DNA of 63,759 bases, from contig PFBV01000004.1 of NCBI GenBank assembly GCA_002778465.1, forward strand, positions 35,943 to 99,701, read 5' to 3'. Origin of the DNA: Candidatus Magasanikbacteria bacterium CG10_big_fil_rev_8_21_14_0_10_36_32 (GTDB taxonomy: Bacteria > Patescibacteriota > Patescibacteriia > Magasanikbacterales > GWA2-37-8). The translations under genes were made by a program, and so were the position numbers. The notes beneath the pieces are model-generated. The model ran no database searches. It was not told the origin of the DNA and saw nothing but the letters and a program-made list of their open reading frames with translations. Position 1 is the first letter of the stretch, and each line of letters opens with the position of its first letter. Below are positions 54,251 to 63,759 of the stretch, piece after piece.

Positions 54251-57031
54251 ATGCTTTTTGAAAAAAAACAACCGCTAAATTTATTGATATGTCCGTCTTG
54301 TAAAGGAACCGGCATTGTTGGTATGTCCGGTTGTTCAGAATGTCGTGGCAAATCGGTTGGTTATCGTCCGCGCCAAAAATTATTACATTGGTCATTTCCT
54401 TTGACTCGGTATAATTTGGCATTGCTTAAAGCAAAAAGAATTTTTAATAAAATTAGACGGATTACTTTTGTTGTTTTATGGCTTAATGCTTGGGGTTGGT
54501 TTGGATTTTTGATTTATAAAAAAGTTATTTGGGCCGACGTGATTAAGGGTCCAGAGTATATGTGGAATGCTTTAAACAATGTTGAAGGTTCCAGTTGGAT
54601 TTTGTTTTGGCTCGGCGTGATTTTTATCAGTTATTGGACATACCGCGTCATTACTGAACGAAAAATCAAAGGGGAGGTGGAAAAATATAGTTATGATGTT
54701 CAGATGACGGCGGCGGAAAATCAAATTTTAACCGATTGGAAACAAATTGAAAAAATATCCGGTCGGCAAAGTTTGAATATTTCTTCGTCTTTTACTGATG
54801 AGGCGTTGGCGGCGGTTGGAGAAGCTTATGAAATGGCTGATAGAAATGGTTATAAAATTTTAGAAGTTGAGCATTTATTTTTTGCTTTACTATCTTTTAA
54901 TCGTATTGGCAATATTTTTGTCCGATTGGGAATTCCCGCATCGGTCATTAAAAAATATTTATTGCCGATTTTAGAAAATAAAAAAGGTAAAGTGGAAAAA
55001 AGAATTGGTGAAGCTCCATTAGTGTCGCCTGATTTTTTTCAAGCTTTATTTGGCGCTTACGAAGAATCTTATTCGGCTCATCAAGAATATGTCAGTGTTA
55101 CGGAATTGTTAGTGGCGGCGGCTAAACAGTCGGAAATGTTACAGGAAATGCTTTACGATGTGGGAATTGAAAAAAATAAATTGGTTAATGCGGTGGAATG
55201 GGCAAGAATTGGAGAGAGATTATACCGGCGATATGTGACGCATTCGCGTTCAGCCAGCCATCGTTCCAAATCAGGAATGGACAAAGCGATGACTGCTTTG
55301 GCCACTCCCTATTTGAATAATTTTAGTGATGATATGACTTTGTTGGCGCAATATGGCCGGTTAGAATTTTGTGTTGCCCGAGATAAAGTGATTGAAGAAG
55401 TTTTTCGCGCAGTTGAAGGTGGAGGGGAAAATGTGGTTTTGGTTGGGGAACATGGGGCGGGAAAACGTAGTGTAGTGGAAGGAATTGCGGAAAAAATGAT
55501 TAATGAAGATGTGCCGTCGCGTTTACGAGATAAGCGTTTGGTTCGTTTGAGTGTGTCATCATTGTTGTCTGGCACTACTCCGGCTGGAGCAATAGAACGG
55601 CTCTTACATATTTTAAATGAAATTTCTAATGCCAGAAATGTTGTTTTATTTATTCATAATATTCATGAGATGTCAGGTGTTTCAGCTGGTGAAGAAGGTG
55701 GTAGTTTGGATTTGTCTGATACTTTGGCTGAACGTTTAAAAACTGGACGGTTTATTACAATTGCCACCACCACGCCGGAATTTTATGCTAAAAATATTTC
55801 CGGCACATCATTGTCAAATATTTTTACCAAGGTGGATGTTAAAGAATTGACCGAAGATGAAGCAATTCAAGTAGTAGAATCAAAAATTGGTTTGGTAGAA
55901 TATAAAAATAAAGTTTTTTTTGCTTACAACGCCATTGAAAAAGCGGTTCAACTGGCTTCGCGATATTTGCACGAAGTTTGTTTGCCGGGCAGCGCATTGG
56001 AAGTAATAAATGAATCAGCGGCGCATGTGCGAAATAAAAAAGGCAACGAATCATTAGTGACGGCTGAAGATGTGGCAAAAGTCGTTTCAGACAAAACCGG
56101 TATTCCCGTTACTTCGGTCACAGCCGATGAATCCGGCAAGTTGATGAAATTAGAACAAGAGATGCACAAACGAGTTATTGGACAGGAAGAAGCAGTTGGT
56201 TTAATTGCTAATGCTTTACGTCGCGCGCGAGCGCAAATTCGATCAACTAATCGTCCGATTGCCAACTTTTTATTTTTGGGTCCGACGGGTGTCGGTAAAA
56301 CAGAATTGGCCAAAACCATTTCTACTGTTTATTTTGGAGGCGAAGATATGATGGTTCGTTTAGATATGAGTGAGTATCAGGATAAAACCAGTGTTTATCG
56401 TTTAATTGGCGCGCCAGGAGAAAAGGGTAGCGGTATTTTGACCGAAGCCGTGCGCCGTCAGCCATTTTCTTTGTTGTTGTTAGATGAAATTGAAAAAGCC
56501 GATCCTAATATTTTAAATTTATTTTTACAAGTAATGGACGATGGCCGGTTGACGGACAGCTCCGGACAGGTGATAGATTTTACCAATGTGATTTTAATTG
56601 CCACCTCCAATGCTGGCACAACTTATGTTCAAGAACAAATGCGAGCTGGTTTGTCCTCGGAAGCCATCAAAGAACGCTTATTGCATGGCGAGTTAAAACA
56701 AAATTTCCGTCCGGAATTTTTAAATCGTTTTGATGGTATTGTATTATTCAAACCATTGGCTTATGATGATGTTAAGAAGATTGCCGCTCTGATGTTACAG
56801 AGAATAACTAAAGAGTTGGAAGAAAAAGGTATTGAAACAGTTATTGAAGACGAGGCGCTTGATTTTTTGGCTGGTGTTGGTTTTGATCCGGAATTTGGCG
56901 CTCGTCCATTACGCCGCGCGATTCAAGAACGAATAGAAAATCAGTTGGCGGAAATGTTGTTATCAAATAAATTAAAACGACGCGATAAAATCGCAATTGG
57001 CAGGGGAGGATATATACGAGTTATTAATTAA
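54251..57031 (+). CDS. membrane-anchored Clp/Hsp100-family AAA+ ATPase with N-terminal zinc finger; D1 degenerate, D2 intact
   Basis: CPSCKGTG..CSECRGKS, then two TM helices and Clp_N-like repeats. D1 reads GEHGAGKRS / LFIHNIH. D2 reads GPTGVGKTELAK / LLLLDEIEKA. Confidence 0.82.
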   Translation: MLFEKKQPLNLLICPSCKGTGIVGMSGCSECRGKSVGYRPRQKLLHWSFPLTRYNLALLKAKRIFNKIRRITFVVLWLNAWGWFGFLIYKKVIWADVIKGPEYMWNALNNVEGSSWILFWLGVIFISYWTYRVITERKIKGEVEKYSYDVQMTAAENQILTDWKQIEKISGRQSLNISSSFTDEALAAVGEAYEMADRNGYKILEVEHLFFALLSFNRIGNIFVRLGIPASVIKKYLLPILENKKGKVEKRIGEAPLVSPDFFQALFGAYEESYSAHQEYVSVTELLVAAAKQSEMLQEMLYDVGIEKNKLVNAVEWARIGERLYRRYVTHSRSASHRSKSGMDKAMTALATPYLNNFSDDMTLLAQYGRLEFCVARDKVIEEVFRAVEGGGENVVLVGEHGAGKRSVVEGIAEKMINEDVPSRLRDKRLVRLSVSSLLSGTTPAGAIERLLHILNEISNARNVVLFIHNIHEMSGVSAGEEGGSLDLSDTLAERLKTGRFITIATTTPEFYAKNISGTSLSNIFTKVDVKELTEDEAIQVVESKIGLVEYKNKVFFAYNAIEKAVQLASRYLHEVCLPGSALEVINESAAHVRNKKGNESLVTAEDVAKVVSDKTGIPVTSVTADESGKLMKLEQEMHKRVIGQEEAVGLIANALRRARAQIRSTNRPIANFLFLGPTGVGKTELAKTISTVYFGGEDMMVRLDMSEYQDKTSVYRLIGAPGEKGSGILTEAVRRQPFSLLLLDEIEKADPNILNLFLQVMDDGRLTDSSGQVIDFTNVILIATSNAGTTYVQEQMRAGLSSEAIKERLLHGELKQNFRPEFLNRFDGIVLFKPLAYDDVKKIAALMLQRITKELEEKGIETVIEDEALDFLAGVGFDPEFGARPLRRAIQERIENQLAEMLLSNKLKRRDKIAIGRGGYIRVIN

Positions 57032-57126
57032 AAAATTAAAAATCAAAAATTAAAATTAAGGTGCTTATTTCGTTCACAATTTATTTATAAATAAATGTCG
57101 TGAAACGACACATAAATTTTGCATTT

Positions 57127-57135
57127 TGATATATT
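57127..57135 (+). promoter_or_regulatory. extended -10 element TGATATATT, 9 nt upstream of the ATG
   Basis: TGA + TATATT at 57127-57135, ATG at 57145, no clear SD. Confidence 0.4.
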
Positions 57136-57144
57136 TTAAGAGTT

Positions 57145-57498
57145 ATGTGGTATTTATTGAAAGTTTTTTTTCGTGATCCTTGGGTTTTATTTCCTTTAAT
57201 TATTTCAGCTGCCGGACAGGGTTTTTCCTGGTGGTATATTTTATTTTTTACACAAAGCAGTCAGGAACAATATTTTTTGCATTATAATATTATTTTCGGT
57301 GTTGATTTGGTGGGAGATTGGTGGAAATTGTTGTTCATTCCAATTGGAGGGTTGATTATTTTGATTGTAAATTTCTTACTGTCAATCAGTTGCTATAATA
57401 AGGATAAGGTTTTATCTCGGTTGTTTACGGTATTTACTGCTATTTTTCAGCTCTGTTTGGTGCTGACCGCTTATTTAGCGGTGGGAATGAATATTTAA
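57145..57498 (+). CDS. hypothetical multi-pass membrane protein
   Basis: 117 aa with three or four hydrophobic helices, upstream of ftsW. Confidence 0.45.
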   Translation: MWYLLKVFFRDPWVLFPLIISAAGQGFSWWYILFFTQSSQEQYFLHYNIIFGVDLVGDWWKLLFIPIGGLIILIVNFLLSISCYNKDKVLSRLFTVFTAIFQLCLVLTAYLAVGMNI

Positions 57499-57501
57499 AA
57501 T

Positions 57502-58608
57502 ATGTTGGAGAGAAAGAGAACCAGAAAGACCGATCGTCTTTTTTTATTTTATTTGGTCGCTATTTTAGTTTTTGGTTTATTGATTTTGGTGTCGGCCAGC
57601 GCTCCGTATGCTTATAATAAGTTTGGTGATACCTATTATTTTGTGAAGAGACAGATATTGTTTGGTTTATTGCCAGGTATCGCAATGTTTTTGTTGGCCG
57701 CCAAATTAAATTATAAAATTTGGCAGAAGTTAAGCTGGCCTTTTTATATTGTTTGCCTGATTCTTTTAATTTTGGTTTTTATTCCTGGTATTGGAGCGGC
57801 GGTTGGTACTAAGGCGCACAGTTGGATTTATTTGAGTATTTTTCATTTTCAACCGGCGGAATTAGCCAAATTGGGTGTGATTGTTTTGTTGGCCGGTTTG
57901 TTAAGTGACCCCAAAAGAGATTTACGTGATTGGAAAAATGGTTTGTTGCCGATTTTAGCAATTTTGGCTCCAGTAATCGGTTTGGTTTTGTTTCAGCCAG
58001 ATATTGGAACTTTGTCTATTTTTGCCATAGTAATTGTCGGTATATTGTATTTGGCAAAAATCCCAAAAATATATTTGTTGATTTTAGGTTTATTTGGCGC
58101 CGGTTGTTTTGTGACTTTGGTATTGATTGCCCCTTACAGGTTGGATCGTCTGACTGTTTTTATGCACCCAGAACTTGATCCTCAAGGAATTGGTTATCAA
58201 ATTAACCAGGCCTCATTAGCTGTCGGTTCCGGTGGTTTGTGGGGACTGGGTTATGGTCATTCGCGGCAAAAATATCAATATTTACCCGAAGTTCAAGCGG
58301 ATTCGATTTTTGCCGTTATGGCTGAAGAAATGGGTTTTATTGTAACTAGCCTGTTTATTATTTTATTGCTTTTATTTACTTGGCGATGTTTAAAAATTGC
58401 TAAACAATCACCGGATATTTTCAGTTGTTTGTTGGTGTCTGGAATTGCGGTTTGGTTTTTTAGTCAATCTTTCATCAATATTGCCGCCATGCTTGGTTTA
58501 ATGCCGTTAACCGGCGTACCTCTACCATTTGTCAGTCATGGCGGTTCGGCCTTGTTTGTTGCTTTAATTGCCGCTGGAATTATCGCCGGTGTCAGCCGAC
58601 AGAGTTAA
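57502..58608 (+). CDS. ftsW: SEDS-family peptidoglycan polymerase FtsW/RodA
   Basis: ..QPAELAKL..., FQPDIGT, LPE..TDFIF-like (LPEVQADSIFAV), PLPFVSHGGSA. Confidence 0.85.
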   Translation: MLERKRTRKTDRLFLFYLVAILVFGLLILVSASAPYAYNKFGDTYYFVKRQILFGLLPGIAMFLLAAKLNYKIWQKLSWPFYIVCLILLILVFIPGIGAAVGTKAHSWIYLSIFHFQPAELAKLGVIVLLAGLLSDPKRDLRDWKNGLLPILAILAPVIGLVLFQPDIGTLSIFAIVIVGILYLAKIPKIYLLILGLFGAGCFVTLVLIAPYRLDRLTVFMHPELDPQGIGYQINQASLAVGSGGLWGLGYGHSRQKYQYLPEVQADSIFAVMAEEMGFIVTSLFIILLLLFTWRCLKIAKQSPDIFSCLLVSGIAVWFFSQSFINIAAMLGLMPLTGVPLPFVSHGGSALFVALIAAGIIAGVSRQS

Positions 58609-58646
58609 AAAGAAAAAATCCGATTTGATATCTGGTTTTTTTTACC

Positions 58647-58674
58647 TTTACAAAATGTGTCAAAGTGATATGAT
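58647..58674 (+). promoter_or_regulatory. sigma70-type promoter
   Basis: TTTACA (58647-52), 16-nt spacer, TATGAT (58669-74), with TGn. Confidence 0.45.
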
Positions 58675-58707
58675 AACAGTTGCTTAATTAAGCGATTTTT
58701 TTATCAT

Positions 58708-59784
58708 ATGGATACACAAATTTTGGATAATTTAACAGAAATTAGAAAGTTGGATGTTAAAAATATGTTGGGAAGTTTGGAATCGTTGTCTAAACAGGCG
58801 GAAGAAGTCGCTCAAGCGGCGGCTGAATTAAATCTTCCAACCGATTACAAAAATATTCAACGAGTTGTTTTTTTGGGTATGGGTGGTTCAACTTTGGGGG
58901 CGCATATCATTAAATATTTATTTCGAGAAGAAATGTTGGTTATACTGGATATTGTAAATGATTATCATATTCCAGCTTATGTTGACGACAAAACTTTAGT
59001 GGTAGTTTCTAGTTATTCCGGCGGAACCGAAGAACCATTGGCGGCAATGGAAGAAGCAATGTCCAAAAAAGCTAAATTGGTAATTATAACCGCCGGCGGC
59101 AAGTTGGCTGAACAGAGCCGTGATTTAAAAATTCCAGCAATTGTTTTTACCACAAAAAATAATCCTTGCAATTCACCGCGGATGGGTTTAGGTTATTCTG
59201 TTTTTGGTCAGATAATTTTATTGTCGAAAATTGGTGTTTTGAAAATTAATCAGGAAGAAATTGATAAAGCTGTGCAGACAATTGAAAATTATAATGGAAT
59301 TTTTGGTGTTGTAAATGCACAAGCAGATAATCCGGCTAAAAGTATAGCTGTTGCTATCGGTGATAGAAGTGTTTGGTGCGTTGGAGCGGAACATTTGTCT
59401 GCCAATGCTCATGTGGTGGCTAATCAAATTAATGAAAACGCCAAACGAATGGCCGGATATTATTTAATTCCGGAACTTAATCATCATTTGATGGAAGGAA
59501 TGATTTTTCCTAAAAATAATCCACAAAATATAATTTTTATTTTGTTAGAGTCGGTTTTATATGATGAGCGAGTGATAAAAAGATATGAAGTAACCAAAAC
59601 CGTACTGGATAAAAATAAAATCGGATACGTTTCTTATCAATGCCAAGGAAAAGATAAATTTTCACAAGTTTGTGAAATGTTGGTGTTGAGCGGTTATCTT
59701 AGTTTTTATTTGGCCATGTTGGAAGGAATTGATCCAACTGCTATTCCATTTGTAGATTATTTTAAACAACAGCTTAAAAAATAG
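58708..59784 (+). CDS. SIS-domain bifunctional phosphoglucose/phosphomannose isomerase-like protein
   Basis: GMGGS, SSYSGGTEEP, and a C-terminal PGI/PMI-like domain. Confidence 0.65.
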   Translation: MDTQILDNLTEIRKLDVKNMLGSLESLSKQAEEVAQAAAELNLPTDYKNIQRVVFLGMGGSTLGAHIIKYLFREEMLVILDIVNDYHIPAYVDDKTLVVVSSYSGGTEEPLAAMEEAMSKKAKLVIITAGGKLAEQSRDLKIPAIVFTTKNNPCNSPRMGLGYSVFGQIILLSKIGVLKINQEEIDKAVQTIENYNGIFGVVNAQADNPAKSIAVAIGDRSVWCVGAEHLSANAHVVANQINENAKRMAGYYLIPELNHHLMEGMIFPKNNPQNIIFILLESVLYDERVIKRYEVTKTVLDKNKIGYVSYQCQGKDKFSQVCEMLVLSGYLSFYLAMLEGIDPTAIPFVDYFKQQLKK

Positions 59785-59785
59785 T

Positions 59786-60628
59786 ATGGAGTTATCAGTT
59801 ATTACCGTTACTTTAAATGATAAGGAAAATATTGCGGCGCAATTGCGTTCAGTGGCGTCTGGCGCTGAAGGTTTGGAATTTGAACAGTTGGTGTCGGATA
59901 ATGGTTCAACCGATGGTACGATTGATATGATTACCAAAGATTTTCCTCAAGTTACTTTGGTGCAAAACGGATATAACGCCGGTTTTGGCGCGGCTAATAA
60001 TCGAGCCGCTCAATTGACTAAAGGTGATTTTTTGTTATTTTTAAATCCCGATATGATAGTAGATGTCGGTAGTTTGAAAAAAATGGTGGAATGGATGCGC
60101 GCGCGTCCGGAAGTCGGAATTGCCAGTTGTAAACTGTTAAATCCGTCTGGACAGTTTGATGAGAGGACTAAACCGCGTCGTTTACCAACATTATTTGATC
60201 AGGCAATGATTTTGTTAAAAATTCCTCACTTTTTCCCAAGTGTTTTAAATAAATATTTATATGCCGGATTTGATATGGAAAAAGAACAGGAAGTTGATTC
60301 AGTACGAGGTTCTTTTTTAATGATGAGACGTGAGTTGTATGAAAAACTTGGTTGGGCGTTTGATCCGAGATATTATATTTGGTTTGAAGATGTTGATGTT
60401 TGTCGTGAGGCGCGAAAAAATGGTTTTCAAGTTGTTTATACTCCAATTATTTCTTGCGTTGATTTGGTTGGACAAACTTTTAAAAAAATTCCGGCGCTTT
60501 GGAAACAGAAAAATTTTACTCAAAGCATGTTGCAGTATTTTTGTAAGTGGGAGTCTCGTTCTAAGTGGACAATAATTGCTATTTTGCGTCCGGTGGCGAT
60601 TTTTTTGACAATCTTATTGGCTAAATAA
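59786..60628 (+). CDS. family 2 glycosyltransferase (rhamnosyltransferase-like)
   Basis: VITVTLND..., DNGSTDGT, GFGAANN, NPD, and EDVD in WFEDVDVC. Confidence 0.82.
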   Translation: MELSVITVTLNDKENIAAQLRSVASGAEGLEFEQLVSDNGSTDGTIDMITKDFPQVTLVQNGYNAGFGAANNRAAQLTKGDFLLFLNPDMIVDVGSLKKMVEWMRARPEVGIASCKLLNPSGQFDERTKPRRLPTLFDQAMILLKIPHFFPSVLNKYLYAGFDMEKEQEVDSVRGSFLMMRRELYEKLGWAFDPRYYIWFEDVDVCREARKNGFQVVYTPIISCVDLVGQTFKKIPALWKQKNFTQSMLQYFCKWESRSKWTIIAILRPVAIFLTILLAK

Positions 60629-60636
60629 TTTTTAGT

Positions 60637-61728
60637 ATGAAAAAATTAAGTGTTAATTTAGTGATTAAAAATGGTATAAAATATATTCCTTTTTTTGTTG
60701 CCTCATTAAAAGATCAAACGTATAAAGATTTTGAATTGATTTTTGTTGATAATGCTTCTACTGATGGTACCCGCGAATTGTTGGAAAAAACTTTAACTGA
60801 ATCTGGAATAGAGTGGCGTGGAATTTATAATTCGGAAAATGTCGGTTTTGCCGCTGGGCATAATCAAGCATACCACGAAGTAACGACGCCGTATTTTATG
60901 CTTTTGAACGCGGATACATATTTAATGCCCGATGCAATGTTAAAAGCTGTAACATTTTTTGATACTCATCCTGAAACAGTTTCGGTTTCGCCGCGTTTAA
61001 TGCGCTGGAATTTTGAAAAATCTTTAGCTGGATTTCAAACCGGCGCGGATATTTTATCAGCCGCTCAACTTGGTTTTACTTCGCAGATTGATGCCATTGG
61101 CATTAGGTTATTCAGGAATCGTCGGGCGGTAGAATGGTTGACTCGTCAGGAATGGACAAAGGATAGCGCTTCTCTGGATGTTCAAAAAAATTATAATAAA
61201 CAGGTGGTGGAAGTTTTTGGAGTGTCCGGCGCGTTGGCTTTTTATCGCAAAAGTGTTATTCAGCAAGTTTTGTTGCCGGGTGATAATATGTTTGATCCGA
61301 CTTACCATTCATACAAAGAAGATTTGGATTTGGCTTATCGTTTACGCAATGCCGGTTATGTTTCTTATGTTTTATTAGACACAGTTGTTTATCATGACAG
61401 AACCGGAGCTGGGCCAAAAAAAATGGGGGATTGGTCGGCTTTGAGAAATAAATCCAACCAATCTTATTTTGTCCGGTTTCATTCTTATAAAAATCATTTG
61501 CGCACTCTTTATAAAAATGAATATTGGCAGAATCTAATGATAGATGGGCCGTTTATTTTTTGGTATGAATTTAAAAAGCTGATTTATTTATTACTAATTA
61601 ATCCGCGAGTGGTGTTTTTAGGCTGGTCTGATATAATTAAACATCGGAAATACACACGGCAAGCGCGGATGGCAATTGTTAATTCGCGAAAGTTATATTG
61701 GAAAGGTTTGCGCCGCTGGTGGTTGTAA
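60637..61728 (+). CDS. family 2 glycosyltransferase
   Basis: FVDNASTDGT, GFAAGHN, LNAD, YKEDLDL. Confidence 0.8.
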   Translation: MKKLSVNLVIKNGIKYIPFFVASLKDQTYKDFELIFVDNASTDGTRELLEKTLTESGIEWRGIYNSENVGFAAGHNQAYHEVTTPYFMLLNADTYLMPDAMLKAVTFFDTHPETVSVSPRLMRWNFEKSLAGFQTGADILSAAQLGFTSQIDAIGIRLFRNRRAVEWLTRQEWTKDSASLDVQKNYNKQVVEVFGVSGALAFYRKSVIQQVLLPGDNMFDPTYHSYKEDLDLAYRLRNAGYVSYVLLDTVVYHDRTGAGPKKMGDWSALRNKSNQSYFVRFHSYKNHLRTLYKNEYWQNLMIDGPFIFWYEFKKLIYLLLINPRVVFLGWSDIIKHRKYTRQARMAIVNSRKLYWKGLRRWWL

Positions 61729-61739
61729 AAATAAAAATT

Positions 61740-62561
61740 ATGTTTGATGTTTGTATTTCAATTGTAAACACTAAAGAGCGTTCTGAAGTGGAACAAGCTT
61801 TAACAACCTTGTTGGCTGATTCGGTCAATTCCAAATTAGATATTGGCATTGTAGTGGTGGATAATAATTCAAATGAAGCAATTGAAGAATTGGAAAATAA
61901 ATTTCCCAATTTGATAACCATCAAGCATAATCGTAATATGGGTTTTGGTTATTCTCATAATCGGGCGATAGAAAAAATGCCGGCTCGGTATTATTTTATT
62001 TTAAATCCGGACACTGAATTTCCAGTTGGTCAGAATTTTTTAAGGAAGTTTGTTGATTATATGGATGCTCATCTAAAAATAGGTTTAGCCGGCCCGCGTA
62101 TTTTTTATCCGGATGGAACTTTGCAATATTCTTGCTATCGTTTCCCGACTTTTTTTCAGCCGTTGTACAGCCGGACAAAATTTGGCGCGACTAAAGTTGG
62201 TTTGGCTGCTACCCATGATTATTTAATGAAAGATTTTGATCACCAAACCACCAAACCTGTTGATTGGGTAATGGGTTCGGCTATGTTTTTACGCCGTTCA
62301 GCCTATGAACAGGTTGGGGGGTTTGATGAGAATTTTTTTATGTATGCTGAAGACAGTGATTTGTGCCGCCGGCTTTGGGAAAATGGTTGGACGGTTTATT
62401 ATGTGCATAATATTTTTTTAAGTCATGTTCATGTTCGAGCTTCAGCCAAAACATCAGGTGTTTTGAAATCAATTTTTAAAAATAAATTTACCAGGATACA
62501 TATTCTGAGTTGGCTTAAATATTTTTTTAAATGGCGCGGAAACAGAAAATATTATGTTTAA
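61740..62561 (+). CDS. family 2 glycosyltransferase
   Basis: VVDNNSNE, GFGYSHN, LNPD, YAEDSDLC. Internal ATG at 61740. Confidence 0.8.
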   Translation: MFDVCISIVNTKERSEVEQALTTLLADSVNSKLDIGIVVVDNNSNEAIEELENKFPNLITIKHNRNMGFGYSHNRAIEKMPARYYFILNPDTEFPVGQNFLRKFVDYMDAHLKIGLAGPRIFYPDGTLQYSCYRFPTFFQPLYSRTKFGATKVGLAATHDYLMKDFDHQTTKPVDWVMGSAMFLRRSAYEQVGGFDENFFMYAEDSDLCRRLWENGWTVYYVHNIFLSHVHVRASAKTSGVLKSIFKNKFTRIHILSWLKYFFKWRGNRKYYV

Positions 62562-63648
62562 AGCAAAAGTTTCTATTATTTATTTGTGTTGGGCCGACGA
62601 ACCACAAAAATATTTGGCGGAAGCTTTGGATTCAATTCAAACACAAACTTATCCAAAAGATTTGCTTCAATTGGTAATTGTTTATAATGGTCCGCGGGAA
62701 GGCGAAATTTCTTCAGTTGATTATATCCGATCGGAAATTTTTCAACGGCAGAATAATTTGCCGGAAACAGTGGTTTTGGAACCGGGATCTAACGTAGGTT
62801 TTCCCGCCGGTAATAATTTTGGCGCGCGTTATGCGGTAAAAAATGGAGCTGATTATGTTTTTTTACACAATGCTGATGGTTATTTGGCAGCTGAAGCGAT
62901 TACAGAGTTGGTTAAAGCGATGGAAACAAATAAAAATGTTGGCGAATGTCAGCCGTTAATGTTGTTGCATCCGGAAAAAGAATTGATTAATTCAGCAGGA
63001 AACAACCTTCATTATTTAGGAATAGGTTATTGTTATAAATATCGTGAAACGTATAAACCAAATATGGCGGAAATTTATGATACTGGTTATGTGAGCGGCG
63101 CGTGTGCTTTTATGCGAGCTGATTTACTAAGACAGCATGGTTATTGGAATGAACGTTTTTTTCTTTATCATGAAGATACGGAATATACTTTGCGTTTAGT
63201 GTCGCTTGGATATCGGGCTGTTTCCGTTAATCGGGCGATTTTTTATCATAAATATAATTTTTCTAATAAACCGGATAAAATGTTTTGGATTGAACGCAAT
63301 CGCCATGTATTACAACTTATGTTTTATCGTTGGCCGACGCTGATTTTAATATTACCAATGGAAATCATTTTTAATTTGGGGTTGTTGATTTTGTCAGCCG
63401 CGCAAGGCTGGATCAAAGAATTATTAGCTGTCTATGTTTATTGGATGACTCCTGCCAATTGGCGTCAGTGGTTGATTGATCGGCACGCTATCCAACGTGA
63501 TAGAACCGTGGGAGATAGTCGATTATTATCAAGAATGACTAGTCGGATTAGTTTTGCGGGGCTTAAAATACCGAAGATAATATTACTATTGGCCAATTTG
63601 GTCTTTACATTATATTTCTTTTTGCTTAAAATAGTAATCTGGTGGTAA
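62554..63648 (+). CDS. family 2 glycosyltransferase with C-terminal TM helices
   Basis: GFPAGNN, HNAD, YHEDTEY. Hydrophobic C-terminus. 8-nt overlap with the previous gene. Confidence 0.8.
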   Translation: MFKAKVSIIYLCWADEPQKYLAEALDSIQTQTYPKDLLQLVIVYNGPREGEISSVDYIRSEIFQRQNNLPETVVLEPGSNVGFPAGNNFGARYAVKNGADYVFLHNADGYLAAEAITELVKAMETNKNVGECQPLMLLHPEKELINSAGNNLHYLGIGYCYKYRETYKPNMAEIYDTGYVSGACAFMRADLLRQHGYWNERFFLYHEDTEYTLRLVSLGYRAVSVNRAIFYHKYNFSNKPDKMFWIERNRHVLQLMFYRWPTLILILPMEIIFNLGLLILSAAQGWIKELLAVYVYWMTPANWRQWLIDRHAIQRDRTVGDSRLLSRMTSRISFAGLKIPKIILLLANLVFTLYFFLLKIVIWW

Positions 63649-63686
63649 ATGTATTTCGTTGAATAAATTTTGTAGTGAAATAAAAT

Positions 63687-63759
63687 ATGGAAAAATACTC
63701 TGGCGAACAATTTTTACACCAAAAAGATTCTCGGCTTCACACAGCCGATATTGTTGAAC
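63687..63759 (+). CDS. start of an ORF running off the window
   Basis: ATG at 63687 (MEKYSGEQFLHQKDSRLHTADIVE..), open to the window end. Confidence 0.25.
   Translation, partial: MEKYSGEQFLHQKDSRLHTADIVE

Noticed and set aside
588-56319. Many 60-130-aa antisense or out-of-frame track ORFs. Examples: 588-932, 1292-1639, 3173-3531, 8020-8361, 18456-19024, 20943-21884, 40667-41111, 47824-48207, 55309-56319 and 60168-60575.
   Set aside because: Each is nested in, or opposite to, a longer ORF with clear family motifs. Their products are low-complexity and no start signals are present.

Overview
AT-rich bacterial chromosome segment: hand-counted 60-nt lines give about 25-35% GC. It uses the standard code, since TGA closes several clear genes. 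Genes are densely packed, and the content and style suggest a small-genome Patescibacteria/CPR-like organism (inference). Core genes: hrcA-grpE-dnaK-(orf)-dnaJ with a CIRCE operator, yidC, cyclophilin, murA, two S41 proteases, era, rplI, recJ, lepA, murJ, a beta-CASP MBL nuclease, mraZ-rsmH-ftsL-like, a membrane-anchored Clp/Hsp100-like ATPase and ftsW. There are two envelope-glycan loci (31-39 kb and 58.7-63.7 kb). An ECF sigma/anti-sigma locus at 2.8-10.1 kb carries three paralogous secreted proteins and a YknXYZ/MacAB-like pump. I recognised no rRNA, tRNA, CRISPR array, transposase or integrase. Main observations: (1) A gene-sized ~50% GC island (19.8-22.0 kb) encodes a 715-aa internally duplicated [wHTH + metallophosphoesterase]x2 protein whose N-terminal active site is degenerate. 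(2) A second GC-shifted two-gene protease island (26.6-29.1 kb) lies next to the native S41 gene. (3) A ~57% GC, 370-bp segment between two terminators (30.56-30.93 kb) holds a CxxC-rich ORF broken across three frames. (4) A perfect 26-nt palindrome recurs at the borders of accessory genes. (5) A repeated ECF-type promoter motif occurs three times. (6) The long mraZ upstream region contains a 10-bp-phased operator, a hairpin family and one perfect DnaA box. Functions are inferred from motifs read by eye; no database search was possible.
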